Source of the DNA: the human T2T-CHM13v2.0 reference genome, Homo sapiens
Strand: one strand, 5' to 3'
Assembly: GCF_009914755.1 (NCBI RefSeq)
Contig: NC_060934.1
DNA length: 64,000 bases
Position 1 is the first letter of the stretch. Every line of letters begins with the position of its first letter. Both the position numbers and the translations under genes were made by a program. Positions 26,780-64,000 of the stretch are shown here, piece by piece. The notes beneath the pieces are model-generated. The model saw only the letters and a list, made by a program, of their open reading frames with translations. It searched no databases and was not told the DNA's origin.

Positions 26780-27790
26780 CGGCCAGAATGCGACGGTGAA
26801 AACAAAACAGGGAGAACGTAATGAAAACGGGAAGGCGCTGGAAAAGATAAAAACTGAACAGTCCGAGTAGCCTGCACTTTGTATTTCTCCTTTGAGTCCT
26901 CACTGATTTTCCACTTATTTCGATTCAGTGGTTAATATTTCTCCGTATTAGAAATCCATCTGTGAACTCCCGCACCCACTTCTAACCACATCCACAAATT
27001 CCAGGAGAGCCAGTCAAGGCTACCAGAGTGTCCCAGTCGCCTGTGAGGAGGGGGGCGTCGGCGCCAAGTTGCGAACCCGGCACTGGGAGAAGTTCTCCCG
27101 GGACGGGAGAAGGGACGGGTTGGGGTGAAGGAAAGTGGAGGACGGGAGGCAAGCAAGACTACGGACTCCTCTCCAAAAGCTGAGCGCATCAGGGAGAGAC
27201 AGGTATCCCGCCAGACCCGAGAAGTAGCCGGATGCCCGGGGCGGACAAACGGCCAGCCACGAAGCCCAGTTCCCTAAGGCTGTCTCGCCAACCCCCTTCC
27301 CCTTCGCCTTCCCTAAATTGCTGTCTCCTTATACCCTCCAGAGTCCAAGACTCACGCGTCCAAACACGAGCTCCAGCAGCCTCTCGGTCAAAGCCGCCCA
27401 CCTCTGACAGCCATAGAGATGAAACAGCGGAGACAAACCTCCACCCCCTCCGCCCACTCTCACGTGACTCTCCTAGCCGCTGGGCCTGTCGGGATCGTGG
27501 AGACAGGCGTGTGGGAGGGGCACAGAGGAAAAGGAACGGGGAGGGGCGGGGAAATCAACGCGCCACGCCCCAGCCTCGGGCCCCGCCCTAGCCCCGTCAC
27601 TCCCCCTTACTCCCCTCAGCGTTTAGGCGGGAAAGCTGGAGAGCTCCCAGAAGCTCTCGGGCATTTCTTCTGGTTTTTTTCCCCTCCACAAGGGTCATAG
27701 GAATCTGTTGAGAAATTTACTGTGGCTTGTAACACCTCCTCGGTACCCGTTTTCGTGTTGGCTATGTTGGCTAAGCAAAAAGGAGTTCGT
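26780..27790. promoter_or_regulatory. CpG island promoter (TATA-less)
   Basis: The only long non-repeat CpG/GC-rich stretch in the window. GC boxes at 27448-27455, 27543-27551, 27562-27571 and 27581-27588; E-box TCACGTGAC at 27460-27468. Confidence 0.9.
27356..27450 (-). other. Candidate non-coding first exon of the minus-strand gene (start site approximate)
   Basis: Minus-strand donor GGACGC|gtgagt at 27355, just downstream (minus sense) of the E-box/GC-box cluster; orientation matches the exons at 565 and 84. Confidence 0.5.
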
Positions 27791-28025
27791 GAAAAGAAAA
27801 CTGGACCACAGTGAGTTGGAAATTGTTTCTTTCCAACTCCGTTTAGGTTTTCTCAGAGATTAAATGTTCCTGTTTCATAACCTTGAGCCTTTTTTGGATT
27901 TAGAAACCCTCACCACTTCCTCTGGTGGATGATTTTGTCAGGTGTTTTATTTGCAGACTAATATTATTGCAGAGTTTATAATCTCTAGAAGCCACTTAAA
28001 AACATGTTTTCCCTTGAAGAATGTG

Positions 28026-28757
<732 letters not shown>

Positions 28758-29136
28758 CCCAGAGAACTTTCAAATAATTTTTTTTTTCCAAGAATTTACG
28801 TAGCAGAGCTGTGGAAAAGGCAACAACCATGGAAACAAAGCCAACAAAACCATCCCTGGGGTAAATTGTGAAGTAAGCAGAATCAACTCTGTTTTCTCCA
28901 TTTCTTCTCAGACCCAACTAACCTAAGTACAATAGATGATTGTGTTCATGGCTCTGTGCTAGCGCTTTACATACAACCCAGTGCTTGTCTACAACCACTC
29001 TAGGATGGATACTGTTTTATTCATTTGCAGATAGGGAAGCAGGCTGACACCCCTAGGTAATGCAGTACATGCAGTAGCGGGACATAGACCTGACCTGAAG
29101 GCCTCTGAGGCTTCCACTCTTAAATGATGTAATTCA

Positions 29137-32611
<3,475 letters not shown>

Positions 32612-32829
32612 TGAAGTTATATTGTACTTGAGTAGCTATCTAGAGACTTATGACCCATAGTTGTTCTTGCAGTGAGTATTCTTCTCTAATACTTATAGCC
32701 AGAATTAATTATGTTCAAATAAATATGAAAAAAATTTTAAAAAAGCTTAAATGTTTCCTGGCTTTTTACCACTAGGAGGTGGGAGGATGGCATAAATATG
32801 ATGATTTATAAAAATTGACATATTCTCCT

Positions 32830-34310
<1,481 letters not shown>

Positions 34311-34312
34311 TA

Positions 34313-34619
<307 letters not shown>

Positions 34620-35344
34620 GTTAACGGCTCCCCAGCTTCCTGTAAGCATCATCTAAACTTTCCTCTAAAATAATTGCTCTCTTAGACATCATTCCAGAGT
34701 GGGACAGAACATTCATCATCAACTCTTTAATTGATTTTAGTTATTTTATTTCCACTTTTATTAGTAAAGTCATGTGGTAGTTATCTTTTATGATTTTAGT
34801 TGATTATATACTTCCAATAAGAAGAAAACCTGCTGAATTTAAAAAAGACCAAAACATTTCCCAATCCCTCTTACAGGAACTTTTCTCATTTGCAACTAAA
34901 ATTTAATTCTAGATGTTTTAAGAAATTGATTAGTTGAGCCAATTACCCAGAATAATTAAGGTTAAACAAGGGAGAAAAAGCAAAGTTAGTATACTTGTTC
35001 CAGTTTTCTTATTTTAGGCGATTAGTTTTCGGCTTCCTGTAAGCATCATCTAAAGTTTCCTCTAAAAGAATTCCTAAATTGGTTTTTTCCCTATTTTTAA
35101 ATTTTGTCTCTTATAAATTTAAACTTTCTTTATTACAAAGGTATGCAGACGCTTAAATTCAAACAATTAAGGAGCATTAGAAATAAAAAGTAAGCCCTCC
35201 TCTCCACTCTAATGTTACCCACAGAGATAACTACTATTAAGTTTTTGTATCCTTCTAAACTCTTTGTGCTTATATCAATGTACGTATCTGTTTATTTACA
35301 CAATTTTTTTAAATGGGAATAGTTCTGTACAATAGGTTCTTTTT

Positions 35345-36883
<1,539 letters not shown>

Positions 36884-36884
36884 T

Positions 36885-38270
<1,386 letters not shown>

Positions 38271-38389
38271 TTATATTGTGACATGATATTTCATTGTATA
38301 CATATGCCTTTATTTAATCAGTCACCTGATTTATGTAATCAAACATTTATTTCCAATTTTTGTTCTTACAAATAATCTGCAATAAGTCA

Positions 38390-40296
<1,907 letters not shown>

Positions 40297-40439
40297 CAGG
40301 TAAATGTTATTCACAACTGATTCATGTGGACTGCTATAATTACCTTTCTTTATGCCATTTCCTGGTTTATCTACAGTTAATAATTGATTCCTTTATTTAC
40401 TTTGCTTAGTTTTCTCTGTGTCTATCACTAATTCTTCCT

Positions 40440-41135
40440 TCAACTCTTTAACAGATGTATCACTGCAGTCTGTGCTACCAACATCTTTCGCCTGAATTAT
40501 TGGGATAATTGCTTCCTTATTAGGCAATCCAGTTGCTTCTTTATTATCTCTGTTTCCACCCTTGTCTGCCAATAGTCTATTCTCAAATGGAAGCAAGAGT
40601 GAACCTTGTAAAAATGTATGCCAATTGTTTCACTTCTATAACAGCTCTCCATTTTCCTCAGAAGCAAAGCAAGTTATTACAGTCATCCATAAGGCCCACA
40701 GGATCTGACATATCCCCCCTACCCTGTACCTCTCTGACCTCATTTCTCTTGCTCCTGCATCTCTACCTCTTACACTTCTTCACCCTTACTGGCAATTCCG
40801 TCTTCCTAGAAAGTTCTGCCACATATCCACACGTCTAATTGCCTAACTTCCCTCAGGTCTTGGCTTAAATGTTACTTCACAATGAGGTCTATCTTGACTA
40901 TCCTATTTAAAGCTGTAATACACACTCTACCACCTCCCCATCTACAGCAGTTTTAATCCTCCTTCCCCTGCTTTACTTTGTCTTTTTTTACAGCCTTTAT
41001 CACCTTCTAATATGTTACACAGTTTGCTTATTTATTATCTCACTTCCCCTTCTAGAATGAATGCTCCCTGAAAGTGGCTCCATGTTTGTGACTCAAAGTG
41101 GGTACTCAATAAATATTCATTGTGAATGAATGTAT
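40440..41135 (+). mobile_element. L2a 3' region
   Basis: cctgaattattgg..cctcaggtcttggcttaaatgttac..ctagaatgaatgctccctg..ggtactcaataaatattcattgtgaatgaatg. Confidence 0.75.
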
Positions 41136-41142
41136 TTTCTTA

Positions 41143-42373
<1,231 letters not shown>

Positions 42374-42384
42374 AAATTGAAGCT

Positions 42385-46427
<4,043 letters not shown>

Positions 46428-46428
46428 T

Positions 46429-47425
46429 TACTAAAGAAAATTCAAATGGAGGCTACAGTTTGGATATACCCCTAAGCCAATTGCCCATAGCCACATAACA
46501 GAAATTTAAGCTATCCTAATTTCCTTCAAAATGCCAGCTCTAAACATAAAGCAAATTTAAGCCATTCTTTCTTGTCAGCATGCTTTAATAAAATAGAACC
46601 AATCAGCTACAGGCAAACAAGTTTATACAGCTTTTCTTGCCATAAAAAGAATGAACATTTATAATAATGTCTGAAAAATTACCTAAACACATGTTGAAGA
46701 TGGTAAGACAGACTTTATTCAAGGAGAGCCATGGTGATAGGTATAGGGACCACTGCAATGGAGTCTCACAGTGGGGGAGGAGGGATTGGACTCAACTCCA
46801 ACTCCAACAATGACAAGTGGAAATTTAAAACCATGGAGCTGGCTGGGCACAGTGGCCCATGCCTGTAATACCAGCACTCTGGGAGGCTGAGATGGGAGGA
46901 GGATCACTTGAGCACAGCCTGAGCAACATAAAGAGAACCTGTTTCTACTAAATCAATATGTAAATAAATAAATAAAGGAGCAGGGTGGGAATCAGTGCAT
47001 GGAAAATTATTCAGAGGAAACATCAAGGATAAGGGGTTTCTGGCTAACCTGACTTGATAGGATTGTTGCTGAAGGCAGGCCAGGGTGATAAGATATCAAG
47101 GGTAGTCAGATACCAAGCATGGAGAATTTTCCCTAAACTGACTTAGCAGGATTTTTGCTCAAACTGGATTCTACGAGGACAGAGAGGTAAACCCAAAATC
47201 TGGCCGAATTAAGCACAGGACTCACAGAAGTTTTGGTCAAAGGAGAGAGTCTGTCAATAACCATTCACAGTAAAGTTCAACACACTCCTTCGTTTATGCC
47301 TTATAAGCTGTACTGTAATTGTTGTGAGCCAAGCTTCTTACCACTTTTGGTTTGAAGTTCATAAACTGTCTTTTTTATGCACAGTAAACCTAAATTTTTA
47401 ATTTGATCTGATTTTATTTTTGATA
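46429..47425 (+). mobile_element. 3' LTR of the ERV1 (LTR37-like), interrupted by a second LTR
   Basis: Starts directly after the PPT; CCAAT box (aaccaatcag); ends ttgatctgattttatttttgata. Confidence 0.7.
46668..47256 (-). mobile_element. MER31/MER67-family solo LTR containing a FLAM (46841-46975)
   Basis: Minus strand begins TGACAGACTCTCTCCTTTGACCAAAAC..AATCCTGCTAAGTCAGTTTAG; 4-bp TSD ataa at 46664-46667 and 47257-47260. Confidence 0.8.
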
Positions 47426-47532
47426 AAATATGCCCCCAAAAATATGATACTGTTCCTTTTTTTCCCAAATCCCACTTTCTTTGTTCAAAGCCAAGTGAAA
47501 ATGACTCTTTTTTCCCTTTAGAAAATCAAAAC

Positions 47533-47850
47533 AGGACGGGCATGGTGGCTCATGCCTGTAATCCCAGCACTTTGGGAGGCCGATGCGGGTGGATCACGAG
47601 GTCAGAAGTTCAAGACCAGCCTGGCGAAGATGGTGAAACCCCATCTCTACTAAAAATACAAAAATTAGCTGGGTGTGGTGGCAGGTGCCTGTAATCCCAG
47701 CTACTCGGGAGGCTGAGGCAGAGAATTGTTTGAACCCGGGAGGCGGGGGTTGCAGTGAGCCGAGATCGCCCCACTGCACTCCATCCTGTGCGACAGAGTG
47801 AGAACCCGCCTCAAAAAAAAAAAAAAAGAAAAGAAAAGAAAAAAAGAAAA
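47533..47850 (+). mobile_element. AluSg-like
   Basis: Alu consensus; TSD agaaaatcaaaaca. Confidence 0.93.
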
Positions 47851-48525
47851 TCAAAACAAAACCACTCAAGGAATCCAGAGCCTTCTCAGCTTGGTATAGA
47901 ACGATATTTGAGACATGAGGTAGATGAATTAGGTCTAGTATCAGTTGGCTTCGGCAAGACCCAAGGTTTGATGTTTCCATTTATCTTTGCTTTGCACCAG
48001 AAAGAAAGCACACTAAAGTTATAGTATTACTGCTCATAAGAAGCAAAATACTAATAAACCAGAAACTATTGTCAATAAGCTATGATCCCAGTAGCAGGCT
48101 ATCCTAAAGGGAGATCTGAGTGGGGCACCTCGATGGCTTCCACAGTCCACCTCTTGTTTGTGCACTGATCAATGTCCCCACATATGTTCTGGAAGCAGAT
48201 TTTTTCATGGCTCCTGTGGGCTCCTTTTCCTAAGGGGAAACTTGGAGAAGAGTGGGATGAACTATAGCTTTCCAATACTGCAGTTTGTCTCAGGCAACAA
48301 CTGGTACTCACCATTTCCCTCCTTCACTATCCATTCCAAGTTTCTCTCACCCTCAGCTATTACCTCTGCAGGTCATTATCATGAATCAGATAATTCTAGC
48401 ATGTTCAACTGAGTATATGCCCCAATATTAGGGACATACTTTCTAATAATATGTCCATGAGGAAGACAATGTGAAATGTTCCTTCCAGGGCTAGGACTAG
48501 ACAAGGACCCTATCTTACACGTCTA

Positions 48526-49150
<625 letters not shown>

Positions 49151-49362
49151 GAAAAACAAATTTGGATCATACTCTCTTAATTTCTAGACAATTGTGGTTT
49201 TAATATTTTTGAGCAAAATGACTATAGTGAATCTGGGAATATTTTGTTGACTAGATCCTAAGAGGCCACTGTATTGGAAAGAATTTTTGACTGATTACTA
49301 GATATTTGCTTTTTTCTATGGTTCTAACATTACGTAATTTTTTTTTCACTATTAGAAAATTA

Positions 49363-51013
<1,651 letters not shown>

Positions 51014-51591
51014 GTAATTAAAAATAAAAGCACATATTGCAGTGTAAGTATCAAAGTGCCACCAACTGTTAGTTTTCTGAGAATAAAATTTGGTCTTTTA
51101 TCCTGCAAAGATGCTGTGTATTAGTATTAACTGGAGGCTAAAGCACACACCTGAATCCTGTCAACAATAATGGTAGGCAGGGTGCCAAAGTAGAAGACTG
51201 AGCTGGCATTTGAAGAGCTGGGTTATTCTCTCAGTTTTTAACCTCTCTGAGCCTTAGTTTCCCCCATTTGATAATGAGGCTAATATTATCTGCTATCCTT
51301 GGGGAACTTTGTGGATCAGAATGAGATAAGGTATCTGAAAATACATTGTAATCTATAGAGTACTATATAAGTACTTCCTATTACCTTAGTAAATATTCAT
51401 AGGGTTCCTGATACAAGAATAACATTAAACAATGTGAAAGGAGAGAAAAAGAAATGGAGCTTGCCCTCAAAAAGAAAGAGACATTGACTAACATATTTTT
51501 ATCTTTTTGTTCAGAGCCATGATATTTGACAATGTCTTTTGGGCCTCATTATAGAGGCCCATAAGGAGACCTAGACAAATTAAAAGGGTTC

Positions 51592-53303
<1,712 letters not shown>

Positions 53304-53629
53304 GGCTCTTCCCTAACTTCTCTATTCTATCCCCTCTACTTCCATAGTAGTAATAGCTAATATTTGAATAAAAGGTTAAATGTATGAATTGTCTTATTTA
53401 ATCATCACAACAATTTTAGGAGGCAAGTATTATTAATCTTCTTTTACAGATGAGGAGTCTAGGCTCAGCAAATTTACAGTTTTTGGCCCCAAGCCCCACA
53501 GCAATTAAATGACACCAATGCAGATCTTCTGAGTCCAGCTGTAGTGCTTTGAATTTCTATGTACTAAAGCAACTCCTAACAACTTTTGGCCATCCAGAAA
53601 AATATTTTTCCTACCTTAAAACTGACAGT

Positions 53630-54375
<746 letters not shown>

Positions 54376-55530
54376 TGGGGGTGAGAGAAGGCAATTAAAG
54401 AAAAAATGCACTATTGTCTTAATTTCCTGTAGAATAGTCTGTGATTTGTTCAAAGAGTGACCTGTGTTTTCCATAATCCAAGAGAGCTCATTTAATTAGG
54501 TCAGTTTTATAATTTTGGAATTTTGGCAGTAGGTGGTTTTCATGACAGTGGCACCTTTATTTTTAAATTTGGACACTCTACAAAAAGCTGAGGAGAGTGT
54601 TATAATTCTTTCTCAGTAAGAGGCCTACCTGTCTCAAATGTCTTTGTTTGCAGATTTTTTTTTTTTAATAGAGATGAGGTTTCACCATGTTGGCCAGGCT
54701 GGTCTCGAACTCCTGACCTAAGGTGATCCACCCATCTTGGCCTCCCAAAGTGTGGGGCTACAGGTGTCAGCCACCGCATGCAGCCTTGTTTGCAGGATTT
54801 TTAAGAGGAATAAATTATTCCCATTGTACCCAGCATTTTATTAGGCTTTTAGAGTTGCAAGAAACAGAATTACTCAGAGACTATTTTAAAAGCAGAGGGT
54901 CTATTGTAAAGCTACACTGAGACTATAACTGGAACAAGATCTCAGACTGGAAAGTCATCAGGATCTGAGGCAACTCTAGAAATGAGCTACTCTTTCAATC
55001 TCTGTTACAGGCAGCATGTTCTCTTTCTCTTGCAAAGCATCTTTTTCCTCTCCACATGTCTACTCTGTTGTCCTCCTTCTATTCATTGTTGTATTTCTTG
55101 TTATTTTGCTATGCCCAGAATATCTTCAGTCTACCCCTACGGATCCACTCTTTGCCCTTTTCTACAGTGCTTGCTTTCCTGGAAGCCTGGTCTGTATGAA
55201 TTATATTAACGGAATGAGGTCAGTATATTTATTCTCCTGGCTCCCTCCCTGGAAGGTCATGTTAAGCAGCTGTATCCTTCAACCGAAGGCCATTGCTCCT
55301 CTTAAGATAACTCACTCTACACAGGGTTCCCCTTCCAACCTCTCCCTTGCCTCGTCCCTACAAGTCTAGGAATGCCTAGACCACGTTCCTCCACTATCTT
55401 TCTGGTTTTCCTACACCCTGCCCACACATTCTTAATTAGTTCCTTTGAAGATAAACCCTCCTCAATTTATCCTAGTTTGCATATGCCATTTTTTTCTTGT
55501 TAGGACGCTGAGTTATATCCTTTTTTTTGG

Positions 55531-55638
55531 GACTAGTCAAGGGCAGTAGTGAGAAGAGAGGAAAGAGCGGAACAAGGAGTTTGAACTGTAACTGACATGA
55601 ACAATCAGTTGAGATAACTCACTACCTTTGGACCAACT
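55531..55638 (-). pseudogene. RNY1: Y1 RNA (RNY1) retropseudogene
   Basis: Minus strand AGTTGGTCCAAAGGTAGTGAGTTATCTCAACTGATTGTTCATGTCAGTTACAGTTCAAACTCCTTGTTCCGCTCTTTCC..CACTACTGCCCTTGACTAGTC followed by an A8 tail closely matches full-length hY1. The symbol is that of the parent gene. Confidence 0.93.
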
Positions 55639-55639
55639 C

Positions 55640-55930
55640 TTTTTTTTTGAGACGGGGTTTTGCTCTTGTTGCCTAGGCTGGAGAGCAATGGCACAATCTA
55701 GACTCACTGCAACCTCTGCCTCCCGGGTTCGAGCGATTCTCCTGCTTCAGCCTCCTGAGTAGCTGGGATTACAGGCACCCGCCACCACACCCAGCTAATT
55801 TTTGTATTTTTACTAGAGGCAGGGTTTCTACATGTTGGCCAGGCTGGTCTGGAACTCCTGAGCTCAAGCAATCTGTCCCCTTAAGCCTCCCAAAGTGCTG
55901 GGATAACAGGCGTGAGCCACCTTGCCAGGC
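55640..55930 (-). mobile_element. AluS directly 5' of the Y1 copy
   Basis: Reverse-complement Alu with a short A tail abutting the Y1 5' end. Confidence 0.92.
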
Positions 55931-56099
55931 TGTGGCAATGATCTTAAAGGACAGCTCACGGTCTACCACATCGGGGCAGAATAATGCCACTAGTCTAGTT
56001 GCAATTTCTTCTAAAGCTCACTATCATAAAGGGAGGTAGTTTCATGACAGAGAGAGACATCAAATTTGCTGCCACCTCTTTGCGTTCTTTATGGTCCAG

Positions 56100-57145
<1,046 letters not shown>

Positions 57146-57504
57146 CTAGAGACATCAAATTACTACTGTGAAGGACGTAGAATTAGGATATTTGCTTCAA
57201 GCTGAATTATTTTTCCAATTTCTGTAAACCCATTCATCAAACACTCCCATTAATTTCTGTATACATTGTCCCAGTATCGTCATAGAGTGAATGAGCCTTA
57301 GTTGTTTCAAAGAGGAACTCTATTGAACATTTATCGATTTTCACTATTCTAAGAATCATGGGTCTATCTAGCCACAGGATACGTACCTTTTGCCAGTTTC
57401 TATTTTCTCCAGAGTTATCTTCTGCAACCATCAGATGGGCTCAGACAGGAATGTGATAAAAGTTCAGAATTTGTGAAACTTTAAATTTACAAATACTTTT
57501 AGAT

Positions 57505-58760
<1,256 letters not shown>

Positions 58761-59101
58761 CACCAGATCACCTGCTATTGTTAGAGGCCTCTGTTAAGAT
58801 GTAACATCACTGCATCACCACGCTGCAACTACAACTAGGAAACCAGGCAGCAATATCGACTTTGGGGATATGACCATGGATTTTCTGACATCATGGCCAC
58901 TACAGGGTATGCAGCCCATAACTATGTGTAAAAAATTATCTATATCTGTTAGAAATGCCTGTGTACATATACTTCTGGAGGTTACCAGAGCAAATTATGT
59001 ACCTGCATATTTATATCTCCTAAAGCTTATTACCAAAACTTATTTTCCTCCTTTCTGATTCAGTGATTTTTTTAACCTTTCACTATATGCATGGAAATTA
59101 A

Positions 59102-59626
<525 letters not shown>

Positions 59627-59644
59627 TCCCTAGACCTAGAAGTA

Positions 59645-60361
<717 letters not shown>

Positions 60362-60638
60362 TACTTTATTCTCTTCATGTTGATTCTCCTCTGAATGTAT
60401 ATTTTCTTTCTGTGAGCAAACTCACTCTTCATTATAAACACAATTAGGTGGTGATAGCAATATAAAAATTCTTGGTTGCAAGGAGCTTTATGCTATGGAA
60501 ATGGCTTGCTCTCTTGGAACCTGTTAGCTTTGAATCTGTTCTTAACAGAAAGATTATTCTCTCTTCCTACCCTCCTGCTGTTTTCCTTCTGTTGTTGATT
60601 TTACTTCAAAATATTTCTCTTTTGTTCTCTGGTTTTAG

Positions 60639-60686
60639 GTGGATACACTACTGCATAAAAATGACTGTGGTACTTCTGAGGGTGAG
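60639..60686 (+). other. Candidate plus-strand exon (43 or 48 nt)
   Basis: Long polypyrimidine acceptor tttctcttttgttctctggttttag|GT; tandem donors AGG|gtgagg (exon end 60681) and GAG|gtgagc (exon end 60686); unique sequence. Confidence 0.35.
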
Positions 60687-60727
60687 GTGAGCCTGTGTTT
60701 GTTCTTAGCTTTAAATTTGTCAATAAG

Positions 60728-62889
<2,162 letters not shown>

Positions 62890-63189
62890 CTATCCTCATG
62901 GCTCATACATATTCAGACATCAGAAACAACTCTAAAAAGTGAGCCTGGAATTGTTCTCTGTCTAGAAATTTTATTGCAGTAGTGGAGATAAAAGAAAATG
63001 CACTTTGGCCTTCATGTAATTATTTTTCCACTTGTCTGTGAACACCATAGTAAGAGCCTATTCTTGAAAGAAACCAAGGTGTGTCTAGACTCAAAATGTC
63101 CACCATTTTCTCTCCTCTATTGGGTCTGTCTTATTCTTTAGGCAGTTCTCAACCATAGCTGCAAATTAAAATCACCTACACTGCTCTTT

Positions 63190-64000
<811 letters not shown>

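Noticed and set aside
26932-27700. Pro/Arg/Gly-rich ORFs in the CpG island
   Set aside because: Expected in GC-rich DNA; no recognisable protein family.
47960-48520. Possible ERVL/MaLR internal fragment
   Set aside because: Resemblance too weak to name a family without a search.

Overview
Primate (human-type) genomic DNA, very rich in Alu and other interspersed repeats. I found no intact protein-coding CDS; nearly all listed ORFs are translations of Alu, L1 or ERV sequence. A CpG-island promoter at about 26.8-27.8 kb appears to drive a minus-strand gene I could not identify, with a long first intron and probable 5'UTR exons at 29-84 and starting at 565. There is also a hint of a divergent plus-strand transcript. 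Recognisable fossils: an HMGN2 processed pseudogene split by three Alus, an RNY1 (Y1 RNA) retrocopy fused to an Alu tail, a degenerate ERV1 provirus (RNase H, integrase, env, PPT, 3' LTR), a twin-primed L1PA, several solo LTRs and DNA transposons. The most unusual signal is a set of short, locally templated insertions and inversions (4386, 4440, 18895, 37511, 58687, possibly 1004 and 34635) that look like template-switch repair scars. A MER41 LTR also carries overlapping GAS and NF-kB motifs. I cannot support a claim of a new biological system from sequence alone. Repeat family names come from recalled consensus sequences and boundaries are approximate.
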